A stretch of 64,000 nucleotides of DNA. Origin: Flaccisagitta enflata (Eukaryota). The DNA is taken from NCBI GenBank assembly GCA_965153355.1, contig OZ231126.1, positions 21,948,001 to 22,012,000 on the forward strand, written 5' to 3'. The notes under the pieces were generated by a model. It saw only the letters and a list, made by a program, of their open reading frames with translations. It was not told the origin of the DNA and did not search any database. The position numbers and the translations under genes were made by a program. Of this stretch, positions 1-12,472 are shown piece by piece (position 1 is the stretch's first letter; each line of letters begins with the position of its first letter).

Positions 1-1343
1 GTTGGCCGTGTATCCGGCCTTGTTATATGGCAATTTTAAAGATTTTAGAATGTTCTTTCATTCTAGACAAATCCTTAGTCTGTATCTCAACAGTTAAAGC
101 TTGTCAAAGTCAACTTTTTTTACAAACCCATTTACTTCAATCGGACACAATTGAATGAGGCAATGTTTTAACTCATCCTCAAGCTTGAATGACCAGCATT
201 GTCACACTTGAAACATCTTTCGAAGAGCTTTAAAATGGTCATAAATTTTGTATACTTTGAGCTTTCAGATCAGAAGAAACAAGCAAAACAAGGTGTTCTG
301 TTTTTTGTGCGCTATTGTAAGTATATAAAAAAATGGTACTGATTTACAACAAAATAACATACTTCATGTATTGATATATCATGCATGTATCTGTGTCTCT
401 CTCTCATTATCTCCCTCTTTCTCTAGTTATGCTGCCTAAAACATCACGTAGATGGCCTATGAAGGTCCCCAAACTGTGAATCCACATATTGATAGCGGGC
501 TTTTTTTTGGAATTCTGAAATTTGGTACTTTAATATATTTGTATAAACATTGACCTAGAAGTAGGCTTAGGTAGGCGCTATGTTAGGAATATGGTATCTT
601 TCTAATCTCATGATACTGTTGTTAATAGTTTATTAGTAATGAATATTTTTTTATCAAACTATGACTTAAAAATATCCAAGAGAATGGTACGGCTTTTTCT
701 TAAAACTCAGCCACAAGTTTTTTCAGCCACTGCACAGAGAGCCACTTAAGCTCGATTCCCGGCGTAAAACCAAAGGATTTTTTCAATTTTTCTATCTCAA
801 TATTTGTTTTAATGAGGAGAGAACAAAATGGGTGTTTTATTCCGTTAGAGGGGGTTAAAACAAGGGGGTGAGTGGAAAAAAAATGAAAAGTTTTTTTTTC
901 TCCAAGATATTGCAGTAAAAAGGGATGATGCCCTCATTGTTCCTCATCAAAAACATTTTAACACCATTGCATAGAGGAGACTGAGCACATTCCAAATATA
1001 TAAGCATATGTGCATATTAGTGCCGCTTTGGCGCTCAGAGCAGATGGAATGTCATTCTGGCAGCAATGGTTTTCAGCGACGATGTCCAGTTGAATCCCAA
1101 TCTTTCCATCAACAAGTATGGCACTGTGGGGAAGAGGAAGAGGATAAGATTAAGAAGAGTAGATGAGGAAGAGGAAAACCAAAATAAGAATAACTCTAAA
1201 AAGGCACGGTGCATAGGCTGCTCATGAAGGTGGCGCCTTCATAAGTCACTCACCTTTGGTTGGAGAAGTTCTGAGTTCGATTCTCATCTGACACCTACAC
1301 CTTTGATTCTCAAAATTCTGCCCCAATGAAAAATAAATGTAAA

Positions 1344-1408
1344 TTACAAGATTCGAACTCAGAACCTTGCCGGCAAAAAGCAAAGGTGTAACCACTAGTC
1401 CATCCCGG
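1344..1408 (-). other. tRNA-derived fragment (SINE head or tRNA pseudogene)
   Basis: Minus strand GGGATGGACTAGTGGTTACACC...GGTTCTGAGTTCGAATCTTG has A-box-like TGGACTAGTGG and B-box GTTCGAATC. A related plus-strand piece lies at 1251-1287 (CACCTTTG...GTTCTGAGTTCGATTC). Confidence 0.45.
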
Positions 1409-1854
1409 TTTCTTAGCAATTGCCGCAATCAAATTGTCTTATTCTAAAATGGCAGCAAGGTCTTCTCTTAAGTTGTTCTTATTTTTTTCATTGCAAACTC
1501 TTGTAGTTGATTGGAGTGCCCTCCTCAGTCAATGAGATGCATAAATAAATCTTAGACATAAGGAAACTGCTCAGTAAATTCTTCTGTGTTATAGTGTGCA
1601 CTGTTTGTCTCGTTTCAATTGCATAAATTCAGCAAACAAAAACTTGTTCTGCACTGGGATGAAAGATCGCTGCCTGGTTTCCACTTTCATACTTTTTTGA
1701 AATGTTGATTTCTCTTGAGATATCTGCATGAAATTTTAAACATGTTATATTCATATATAAGACCGCTCACGGACAATTATTCAGTGTAGTCCTGACAGGT
1801 AAACATGCCAAAACTTTAATGAATTTCATGTTTTTGTGATCGCTGTACCACTAC

Positions 1855-4800
1855 GATCTATGAGAGATTCAACCAGAAAGTCTATGAAATATGCAACAAG
1901 TCTGAGAGACACAACCAGGAAGTCTACAAGAGAGACAACCATTGGTTGTATTCTGCTTTCTCTGGTTAAATTTTTCTGGTTTAAAGTCTCTTGTTGACTT
2001 TCTTTAGTTGACTTTGCATGTACTTATCTGGTTGTATTTTTCTGGTTTTTTTCTGGTTGTTTTTTTCTGGTTGTATTTTTCTGGTTGTATTTTTCTGGTG
2101 TTAGTGCTGCTCTGCTGTGGCTGCTGCAACAAAATCATTTGTTGGTTCATTTTCTTAATGAAATTGCTGCGCTGTATGACTGCTGCTGCGTAAATCCCCC
2201 TTTAAACCCCTGCCTTATAGCCCCAACCATCCTTATATACCTACCTTAATAATATAATAAAGCAGCAGCAGCATATCAAAATTTGTTACTAAGGAAAATA
2301 CAACCAGCAGCAGCCCAGCAGCCTTAATAGTGACTCTAAAGAAGAATACAACCAGAGCTATTAAAGTAAATACAACCAGTGTTTCTAAGAGAAAAACAAC
2401 CAGAGTTTCATTCCATTATACAACCAGTGCTTCTAAGATAAACAAAACCATAATATCTGAGAGATATAACAAGTGGCAGAGAGACACAACCAGAGTTTCT
2501 TTGAGAGATACATTCAGAAAGTTGACCAGAGATATATTCAGAGAGTGGACGAGAGATACAACCAGTTGTTAAGAAATGCAACCAGAGGTTCTATGAGAAA
2601 TACAACCAGATAATCTACAAGAAATACAACCTAAGAGTCAAAGGAAAATACAACAAGGGTTAATGAGAAATACAACCAGAGAGTATGAGAAATACAACCA
2701 GTGAGAAATACAACCAGAAAGTCTATGAGAAATACAACCAGAGAGTCTATGAGAAATACAACCAAAGAGTCTATGAGAAATACAACCAGAAAGTCTATGA
2801 GAAATACAACCAGAAAGTCGATGAGAAATACAACCAGAAAGTCTATGAGAAATACAACCAGAAAGTCTATGAGAAATACAACCAGAAAGTCTATGAGAAA
2901 TACAACCAGAAAGTCTATGAGAAATACAACCGGAGTCTATGAGAAATACAACCAGAGAGTCTATGAGAAATACAACCAGTGAGTCTATGAGAAATACAAC
3001 CAGAGAGTCTATGAGGAATACAACCAGAGAGTCTATGAGAAATACAGCCAGAGAGTCTATGAGAAATACAACCAGAGAGTCTATGAGAAATACAACCAGT
3101 CCATGAGAAATACAACGAGTCTATGAGAGATTCGACTAAAGAGTCGATGGAAAATACAATCAGTCAATAAGAAATACAAAAAGAAAGTCTATGAGAATTC
3201 AACCAGAGTTAGAAAGAAATACAACCAGTCTAGGAGAGACACAACCAGGAATTCTAAAAAAAAACAACTATTGGTTGTATTGAGCATTCTCTGGTTGATT
3301 TTCTCTGGTTGACTTTGGTTAACTTTTTGCGGTTGTATTTTTCTGGTTGCATTTATTTATACAACTATTGGTTGTATTCCGCTTTCTTCGATTAATTTTT
3401 TCTGTTTTAAATTCTCTGGTTGATTTTCTGTGGTGTTCTCTGGTTGACTTCAGTTGCCATTGGTTGTATTTTTCTGGTTGTATTTTTTTGGTTGTATTTT
3501 TCTGGTTGTATTTCTCTGGTGGCAGTGCTGCTCTGCTGGGGCTGCTGTTACAAAATCATTTGTCAGTTCAATTTCTGAATGAAATTGCTGCGCTGTATGA
3601 CTGCTGCAGCGTAAATCCCCCTTTAAACCCCTGCCTTATAGCCCCAACCATCCTTATATACCTACCTTAATATTATAATAAAGCAGCAGCAGCAGCATAT
3701 CAAAATTTGTTCCTAAGGAAAATACAACCAGCAGCAGCAGCCCAGCAGCCTTAAAAGGGACTCTAAAGAAGAATACAACCAGAACTATTTAAGTAAATAC
3801 AACCAGTGTTTCTAAGAGAAAAACAACCAGAGTTTCATTCAACCAGTTCATTCAACCAATTCATACAACCAGTTCATACAACCAGTGCTTCTAAGATAAA
3901 AACATTCATAATATCTGAGAGATATAACAAGAGTGGCTGGGAGATACAACCAGAGTTTCTTTGAGAGTCTATGAGAAATACAACCAGAGAGTCTATGGGA
4001 TATACAACCAGTGAGTCTATACGACACACAACCAGTTAGTCTATGAGAATTACAACCAGTCTATGAGAAGTAAATCCATCGTGTATGAGAAATACAACCA
4101 GAGATTGTATGAGAAATACAACCAGAGATTCTATGAGAAATACAACCAGAGAGTCTAAGAAAAATACAACTAGTCTATGAGAAATATGAGTCTATGAGAG
4201 ATACAATTAAAAAGTGGATGGAAAATACAACCAGAGTCAAGAAAAACAACCAGAGAGTCTATGAGAAATACAACCAGAGAGTCTATGAGAAATACAACCA
4301 GAGAGTCTATGAGAAATACAACCAGAGAGTCTATGAGAAATACAACCAGAGAGTCTATGAGAAATACAACCAGAGAGTCTATGAGAAATACAACAGAGAG
4401 TCTATGAGAAATACAACCAGAGAGTCTATAAATACAACCAGAGAGTCTATGAGAAATACAACCAGAGTCTATAAATACAACCAGGAGTCTATGAAATACA
4501 ACCAGAGAGTCTATAAGAAATACAACCAAGTCTATGAAATACAACCAGAGAGTCTATGAGAAATACAACCAGAGAGTCTATGAGAAATACAACCAGAGAG
4601 TCTATGAGAAATACAACCAGAGAGTCTATGAGAAATACAACCAGAGAGTCTATGAGAAATACAACCAGAGAGTCTATGAGAAATACAACCAGAGTCTATG
4701 AGAAACAAATACAACCAGAGAGTCTATGAGAAATACAACCAGAGAGTCTATGAGAAATACAACCAGAGAGTCTATGAGAAATACAACCAGAGAGTCTATG

Positions 4801-7800
4801 AGAAATACAACCAGAGAGTCTATGAGGAATACAACCAGAGAGTCTATGAGGAATACAACCAGGGAGTCTTTGAGAAATACAACTAGAGAATCTATGAGAA
4901 ATACAACCAGAGAGTCTATAAGAAATACAATCATAGAGTCTATGAGAAATACAACCAGAAAATCTGAGAAATACAACTAGTCTATGAAAAATACAACCAG
5001 AGCGTCTATCAGAGATACAACCAGAGAGTCTATGAGAGATACAACCAGAGAGTCTATGAGAGATACAACCAGCGAGTCTATGAGAGATACAACCAGCGAG
5101 TCTATGAGAAATACAACCAGAGTCTATGGGGTAACAACCAGAGTCTATGAGAAATACAACCAGAGAGTCTATGAGGAATACAACCAGAGAGTCTATGAGG
5201 AATACAACCAGAGAGTCTATGAGGAATACAACCAGAGAGTCTATGAGGAATACAACCAGAGAGTCTATGAGGAATACAACCAGAGAGTGTCTATGAGGAA
5301 TACAACCAGAGAGTGTCTATGAGGAATACAGCCAGAGAGTGTCTATGAGGAATACAGCCAGAGAGTCTATGAGAAATACAGCCAGTCTATGCGAAATACA
5401 ACCAGAGAGTCTATGAGAAATACAACCAGTCTATGAGAAATACAACGAGTCTATGAGAGATTTAACTAAAGGGTCGATGGAAAATACAATCACCGAGTCA
5501 ATAAGAAATGCAAAACGAAAAACTATGAGAATTCATACAGAGTTAATAAGAAATACAACCAGTCTAGGAGAGACACAACCAGGAATTCTGAAAAAAAAAC
5601 AAACCATTGGTTGTATTGAGCGTTCTCTGGTTATCATTCTCTGGTTGACTTTGGTTAACTTTTTGCGGTTGTATTTTTCTGGCTGTATTTATATATACAA
5701 CTATTGGTTGTATTCCGCTTTCTTCAATTAAATTTTTCTGGTTTAAATTCTCTGGTTGACTTTCTGTGGTGCTCTCTGGTTGACTTCAGTTGCCATTGGT
5801 TGTATTTTTCTGGTTGTATTTTTCTGGTTGTATTTCTCTGGTGGCAGTGCTGCTCTGCTGGGGCTGATGCTACAAAATCATTTGTCAGTTCAATTTCTGA
5901 ATGAAATTGCTGCGCTGCATGACTGCTGCAGTGTAAATCCCCCTTTAAACCCCTGCCTTATAGCCCCAACCATCCTTATATACCTACCTTAATATTATAA
6001 TAAAGCAGCAGCAGCAGCATATCAAAATTTGTTCCTAAGGAAAATACAACCAGCAGCAGCCCAGCAGCCTTAAAAGGGACTCTAAAGAAGAATACAACCA
6101 GAGCTATAAAAGTAAATACAACCAGTGTTTCTAAGAGAAAAACAACCAGAGTTTCATTCCATAATACAACCAGTGCTTCTAAGATAAAAACAACCATAAT
6201 ATCTGAGAGATATAACAAAAGTGGCTGAGAGATACAACCAGAGTTTCTTTGAGAGTTTATGAGAAATACAACCAGAGAGTCTATAAGATATACAACCAGT
6301 GAGTCTATGAGAAATACAACCAGAGAGTCTATGAGAAATACAACCAGTCTATGAGAAGTAAAACCATAGTCTTTGAGAAATACAACCAGAGATTGTATGA
6401 GAAATAGAACCAGAGATTCTCTGAGAAATACAACCAGAGATTCTCTGAGAAATACAACTAGATAGTCTATGAAAAATACAACCAGTCTTATGAGAAATAT
6501 GAGTCTTTGAGAGATTCAATTAAAGAGTTGATGGAAAATACAACCAGAGAGTCAAGAAATACGACTAGGAAGTCTATGAGAAACTCAACCAGTTAATGAG
6601 AGATACAACCAGAGTCTATGAGAGACACAACCAGGAGTTCTATAAAAGATACAACCATTGGTTGTACTGAGCACTCTCTGATTGACTTTCTCTGGTTGAC
6701 TTTCTCTGGTTGATTTTCTTTAGTTGACTTTGGTTGTCTTTTTGTGGTTATTTTTGTGGTTGTATTTCTCTGAGATACAACTATTGGTTGTATTCTGCTT
6801 TCTCTATGAGAAATACAACCAGTGAGTCTATGAGAAATACAACCAGTGAGTCTATGAGAAATACAACCAGTGAGTCTATGAGAAATACAACCAGTGAGTC
6901 TATGAGAAATACAACCAGTGAGTCTATGAGAAATACAACCAGTGAGTCTATGAGAAATACAACCAGTGAGTCTATGAGAAATTCAACCAGTGAGTCTACG
7001 AGAAATACAACCAGTGAGTCTATGAGAAATACAACCAGTGAGTCTATGAAAAATATGATCATTGAGTCTATGCAAAATACAACCAGTGAGTCTATGCAAA
7101 ATACAACCAGTGAGTCTTTGAGAAATACAACCAGAGAGTCTATGAGAAATACAACCAGAGAGTCTATGAGAAATACAACCAGAGAGTCTAAGAGAAATAC
7201 AACCAGATAGTCTATGAGAAATACAACCAGAGATTCTATGAGAAATACAACCAGAGATTCTATGAGAAATACAACCAGAGATTCTATGAGAAATACAGCT
7301 AGAGATTACATGAGAAATACAACCAGTTTTTAAGAGAAATACAACCAGTTTCTCAGAGAAAAGAAACCAGAGCTTCTATAATAAAAACAACCAGTCTGAG
7401 AGATACATAATACATCATTCTATGAGAGATACATCCAGAGTTTCGACAAGAGATACATTCAGAAGTAGATGAGTGCTACAACCAGCGCGTCTGTGAGAGA
7501 TACAACCAGAGTTGAAGGAAAATACAACCAGTGTTAATGAGAAATACAACCAGAGATTCTATGAGAAATACAGCCAGAGAGTCTATGATAAATGGGACCA
7601 GAGAGTCTGAGATATACAAGCAGAGCGTCTGTGAGAGATAAAATCAGGTAGTTAACAAGAGATGCAACCAAGAGTCAAAGGAATATTCAACCAAGGTTGA
7701 TAAGAAATACAACCAGTTTCTATGAGAAATACAACCAGAGAGTCTAAGAGAGTCTAAGAGAGATACAACCAGATAGTCTACAAGAGATACAGCCGAGCGT

Positions 7801-8940
7801 CAAAGGAAAATACAACCAAGGTTAATGAGAAATACAACCAGAGATTCTATGAGAAATACAACCAGAGAGTCTATGAGAAATATGTCCGGAGATTCTACGA
7901 GAAATACAACCAGAAAGTCTATGAGATATACAAGCAGAGTATCTATGAGAGATACAACCAGAAAATTTATGAGAGGTACAACCAGAGTTGATTGGATATA
8001 CAACCAGAGTCAATGAGAAATAGAACAATATTCTATGAGCAATACAAGCAGTCTATGAGAAATATAAACAGAGTCTATAAGAGATACAACCAGCGAGTCT
8101 ATAAGAGATACAACCAGCGAGTCTATGATAGATACAACCAGCGAGTCTATGAGAGATACAACCAGCGAGTCTATGAGAGATACAACCAGCGAGTCTATGA
8201 GAGATACAACCAGCGAGTCTATGAGAGTTACAACCAGCGAGTCTATGAGAGATAGAACCAGCGAGTCTATGAGAGATAGAACCAGCAAGTCTATGAGAGA
8301 TACAACCAGCGAGTCTATGAGAGATACAACCAGCGAGTCTATGAGAGATACAACCAGCGAGTCTATGAGAGATACAACCAGCGAGTCTATGAGAGATACA
8401 ACCAGCGAGTCTATGAGAGATACAACCAGCGAGTCTATGAGAGATACAACCAGCGAGTCTATGAGAGATACAACCAGCAAGTCTATGAGAGATACAACCA
8501 GCGAGTCTATGAGAGATACAACCAGCGAGTCTATGAGAGATACAACCAGACATTCTTTGAGAGATACAACCAGATATTCTTTGAGAGATACAACCAGATA
8601 TTCTTTGAGAGATACAACCAGATATTCTTTGAGAGATACAACCAGACATTCTTTGAGAGATACAACCAGACATTCTTTGAGAGATACAACCAGACATTCT
8701 TTGAGAGATACAACCAGACATTCTTTGAGAGATACAACCAGACATTCTTTGAGAGATACAACCAGACATTCTTTGAGAGATACAACCAGACATTCTTTGA
8801 GAGAAACTACCAGAAAATCTAAAAGAAATTAATTCAGCATCGATGAGTTATACAACCAGATTCGATGAGTAACACAACCAGATAGTCTTTGAGAAATGTA
8901 ACCAGAGTATGATAAATACAACCAAAGGATGAGAAATACA
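1855..8940 (+). repeat. 22-bp minisatellite/satellite array (GAGTCTATGAGAAATACAACCA) with inverted sub-blocks and a thrice-repeated spacer
   Basis: Many direct copies visible. Local variants at ~2715-2930 (GAAAGTC), 6810-7110 (GTGAGTC), 8075-8540 (GCGAGTC..GAGATAC), 8540-8800 (GACATTCTTTGAGAGATAC). Short reverse-orientation blocks at ~1945-2100, 3270-3520, 5605-5842, 6655-6800. Confidence 0.95.
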
Positions 8941-9905
8941 ACCATAGTTGTATTCCTCTGGTTGTATCTTTGTGGTTGTATTATTTCTCTGGTTGTATCA
9001 TTGTGGTTGTATTTCTCTGGTTGTATCATTGTGGTTGTATTTCTCTGGTTGTATCTCCGTGGTTGTATTTCTCTGGTTGTATCTCCGTGGTTGTATTTCT
9101 CTGGTTGTATCTCCGTGGATGTATTTCTCTGGTTGTAACTCCGCGGTTGTATTTCTCTGGTTGTATCTCCATGGTTGTATTTCTGATTATATCTTCGTGG
9201 CTTTTTCCTTAGCTGTATCCTCTTGGTTGTATCTATATGGTTGTATCACCATGGTTGTATCTTTCTGGTTGTTTCTCCATGGTTGTATTTTTCTGGTTGT
9301 ATTTTTTAGTTGTTTTTCTCTGGTTGTATTTTCTTGGTTGTATTATTTTGGTTATATTTCTCTGGTTGTATCTACCTGGTTGTATTTTCTTGGTTGTATT
9401 ATCTTGGTTGTGTTATCTTGGTTGTGTTATCTTGGTTGTGTTATCTTGGTTGTATTATCTTGGTTGTATTATCTTGGTTGTATTATCTTGGTTGTATTAT
9501 CTTGGTTGTATTATCTTGGTTGTATTATCTTGGTTGTATCATCTTGGTTGTATTATCATGGTTGTATTATCTTAGTTGTATTATCTTGGTTGTATTATCT
9601 TGGTTGTATTATCTTGGTTGTATTTCTCTGGTTGTATTTCTCTGGTTGTATTTTATTGGTTGTGTTTTCTTGGTTGTATTTCCCTGGTTGTATTTCCCTG
9701 GTTGTATCTCCCTGGTTGTATCTCCCTGGTTGTATTTTCTTGGTTGTATTTTCTTGGTTGTATTTTTCTGGTTGTATTTTTCTGGATGTATTTTTCTGGT
9801 TGTATTATCTTGGTTGTATAATCTTGGTTGTATTTTCCTGGTTGTATTTTTCTGGTTGTATTATCTTGGTTGTATAATCTTGGTTGTATTTTCCTGGTTG
9901 TATTT
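8941..9905 (-). repeat. 14-bp-unit array of the same TACAACCA core in opposite orientation
   Basis: Units such as TCTTGGTTGTATTA and CTCTGGTTGTATTT, starting at the quasi-palindromic junction TACAACCATAGTTGTA (~8937-8952). Confidence 0.93.
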
Positions 9906-9970
9906 CGCTGCCAGGATATAATGAGTCACTACTTCATTTGTCTAGTAATATGTTGCTAGGACTTAAGCCG

Positions 9971-10290
9971 TTTACATAGGCAAAGGGTAGTAAAGGTGTG
10001 TGAATTTTTTTAAAATTTGGTGTACCGGTAAAGGATTTCAATGGAACAGCCCCTGCAAAATTTGAATTAAATCTGAAGTCTGGTTTATGAGATATTAGCT
10101 TATTTATGTAGTAGTATGTTACTAGTACTTTGGCGATTTTACATAGGCAAAGGGTAGTAAAGGCATGTGAATTTTTTTTATATTTGGTATGCAAGTAGAG
10201 GATATCAATAGAACAAGCCCTGCAAAATTCGAATTAATTCTGAAGTATGGTTTATGAGAAATTAGCTTATTTATGTAGTAATGTTACTAT
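9971..10290. repeat. Diverged tandem duplication, ~167-bp unit x2
   Basis: TTTACATAGGCAAAGGGTAGTAAAGG...CCTGCAAAATT(T/C)GAATTAA.TCTGAAGT.TGGTTTATGAGA.ATTAGCTTATTTATGTAGTA at ~9971 and ~10138. Confidence 0.9.
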
Positions 10291-10389
10291 GATTTAACCA
10301 ATTGGAGTTGATGAATTTTTTTAGTTGCTCATTCATTACATTCTGATTTTTCTTAAGGTTTTCCATCATGGATTTCAAGATTCGTCTTC

Positions 10390-11095
10390 ATTCTTCAACT
10401 ACTGTCATCATCTTCAACTACTGTCATCATCTTCAACTACTGTCATCATCTTCAACTACTGTCATCATCTTTAACTACTGTCATCATCTTCAACCACTGT
10501 CATCATCATCAACTACTGTCATCATCATCAACTACTGTCATCATCATCAACTGCTGTCATCATCTTCAACTGCTGTCATCATCTTCAACTGCTGTCATCA
10601 TCTTCAACTGCTGTCATCATCTTCAACTGCTGTCATCATCTTCAACTGCTGTCATCATCTTCAGCTGTTGTCATCATCTTCAACTACTGTCATCATCTTC
10701 AACTACTGTCATCATCTTCAACTACTGTCATCATCTTCAACTACTGTCATCATCATCAACTACTATCATCATCTTCAACTGCTGTCATCATCTTCAACTA
10801 ATGTCATCATCTTCAACTGCTGTCATCGTCTTCAACTGCTGTCATCATCTTCAACTGCTGTCATCATCTTCAACTGCTGTCATCATCTTCAACTGCTGTC
10901 ATCATCTTCAACTACTGTCATCACCTTCAACTACTGTCATCACCTTCAACTACTGTAATCACCTTCAACTACTGTCATCACCTTCAACTACTGTCATCAC
11001 CTTCAACTACTGTCATCACCTTCAACTACTGTCATCACCTTCAACTACTGTCATCACCTTCAGCTACTGTCATCACCTTCACCTATTGTCATCAA
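10390..11095. repeat. 19-bp minisatellite (TCTTCAACTACTGTCATCA)
   Basis: Direct tandem copies with CTAC/CTGC and CATC/CACC variants. Confidence 0.95.
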
Positions 11096-11207
11096 CTTTA
11101 AAAACTTTTTTGAAAATTTTCTTTTAATTTTAAAATTTTTTTGAAAATTTTTTTGAAAATTTTTTTGAAATTTTTTTGAAAAAATTTTTTTTTTAATTTT
11201 TTATTTT

Positions 11208-11655
11208 AAGGTATACCATCATGGACTACAAGGTATGCCATCATGGACTACAAGGTATGCCCTCATGGACTTCCAGGTATGCCATCATGGACTCCCAGGT
11301 ATGCCATCATGGACTCCCAGGTATGCCATCATGGACTCCCAGGTATGCCATCATGGACTCCCAGGTATGCCATCATGGACTCCCAGGTATGCCATCATGG
11401 ACTCCCAGGTATGCCATCATGGACTCCCAGGTATGCCATCATGGACTCCCAGGTATGCCATCATGGACTCCCAGGTATGCCATCATGGACTTCCAGGTAT
11501 GCCATCATGGACTTCCAGGTATGCCATCATGGACTTCCAGGTATGCCATCATGGACTTCCAGGTATGCCATCATGGACTTCCAGGTATGCCATCATGGAC
11601 TTCCAGGTATGCCATCATGGACTTCCAGGTATGCCATCATGGACTTCAAGGTATT
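11208..11655. repeat. 22-bp minisatellite (CCAGGTATGCCATCATGGACTC)
   Basis: About 20 near-identical copies, with a single degenerate copy at ~10356-10380. Confidence 0.95.
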
Positions 11656-12189
11656 TCTCTTAAAATTGTTGTCTTGGCCTGTATCTCATCGAGTTGCGTT
11701 TACGCAACGAGAAAGCTTCAAAAATTACAGTTCCCAGTCGGGGACTGTAATTTTGAAGCTTTTTTAATGATAATTTATCATATTGAATTCAAAATAATTA
11801 ATTAAAATTTTAGACTATTTTAAAGCTCTCAAAGAGGACTTTCATTTGGCTCTAATCTTTAGCTTTATTTGTTTAGAAATGGCATAAAAAAGAGTGGGAA
11901 CATTGCCATTTTCAGTTTTGCCATACTATTGAAAAATGAGCATTTTTCCAGAATAGTGGTTCACTTTGACAAACTCTAACTTCTAAATGGTTTGAGATAC
12001 AGACCTGGGATTGGTCTAGAATAAAAAAAAATCAAAAATCTTCAATATCAGTAGAACAAAAAATATTCAAAATGATTTTTTCTGTCTCTCCCACTCACCT
12101 ACAATAAGGTGCAGCTTTTTTTTTTTTTTTTACTCGCGTAGTATATAACAGAATACAGTGTTATAGTGGTACAATTGTACGATCATCTG

Positions 12190-12362
12190 TGGGTTAGGGG
12201 ACGGTTTAGGGTTAGGATTAGGGTTGGGGATTGTTTTAGGGTTAGGGGTAGGGACAGGGTTAGCTTTAGGGCTAAGGGTTGGCTGGGTTTTATGTATTAC
12301 GGCCTGAAGCTATTCGAATTAAATTCGCTCCGGCGGAGGATTCGCAAAGAAAAACAAAATCG
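12190..12362 (+). repeat. Degenerate (TTAGGG)-like hexamer tract with a conserved tail, interspersed family
   Basis: GGGTTAGGGGACGGTTTAGGGTTAGGATTAGGG... followed by GCTGGGTTTTATGTATTACGGCCTGAAGCTATTCGAATTAAA, which aligns to the reverse complement of ~18012-18055. Confidence 0.6.
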
Positions 12363-12472
12363 TGCAGAGAATCATTCATTTTTTCCGTTATAATTTGTAT
12401 TATGATATGTACCATATTGCTTGAAACATGTTTACTAATTTATATTCCACCATTATAAGTCAGTATGGAATA

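Noticed and set aside
1040-1230. Short open frame WNVILAAMVFSDD...KRKRIRLRR...CIGCS
   Set aside because: About 60 codons, with no start or splice support and no recognisable domain.
2330-9921. Long ORFs such as (MRNTTRES)n, (VYEKYNQR)n, (LVVFLIDS)n, (GCIILVVLSWLYYL)n
   Set aside because: Translations of 22- and 14-bp arrays whose units are not multiples of 3 and that are open in several frames and on both strands. No splice or codon evidence.
1855-11655. CRISPR-like appearance of 19-22-bp direct repeats
   Set aside because: Units are contiguous with no unique spacers, there are no cas genes, and the context is eukaryotic.
10368-11805. His/Cys-rich ORFs (NYCHHLQLLSSSST; MDSQVCHHGLPGMPSW)
   Set aside because: Products of the 19- and 22-bp minisatellites; the same peptide appears in all frames.
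12190-12290. True telomere or chromosome fusion site
   Set aside because: Short, highly degenerate and dispersed with a shared unique tail, so better explained as part of an interspersed repeat.
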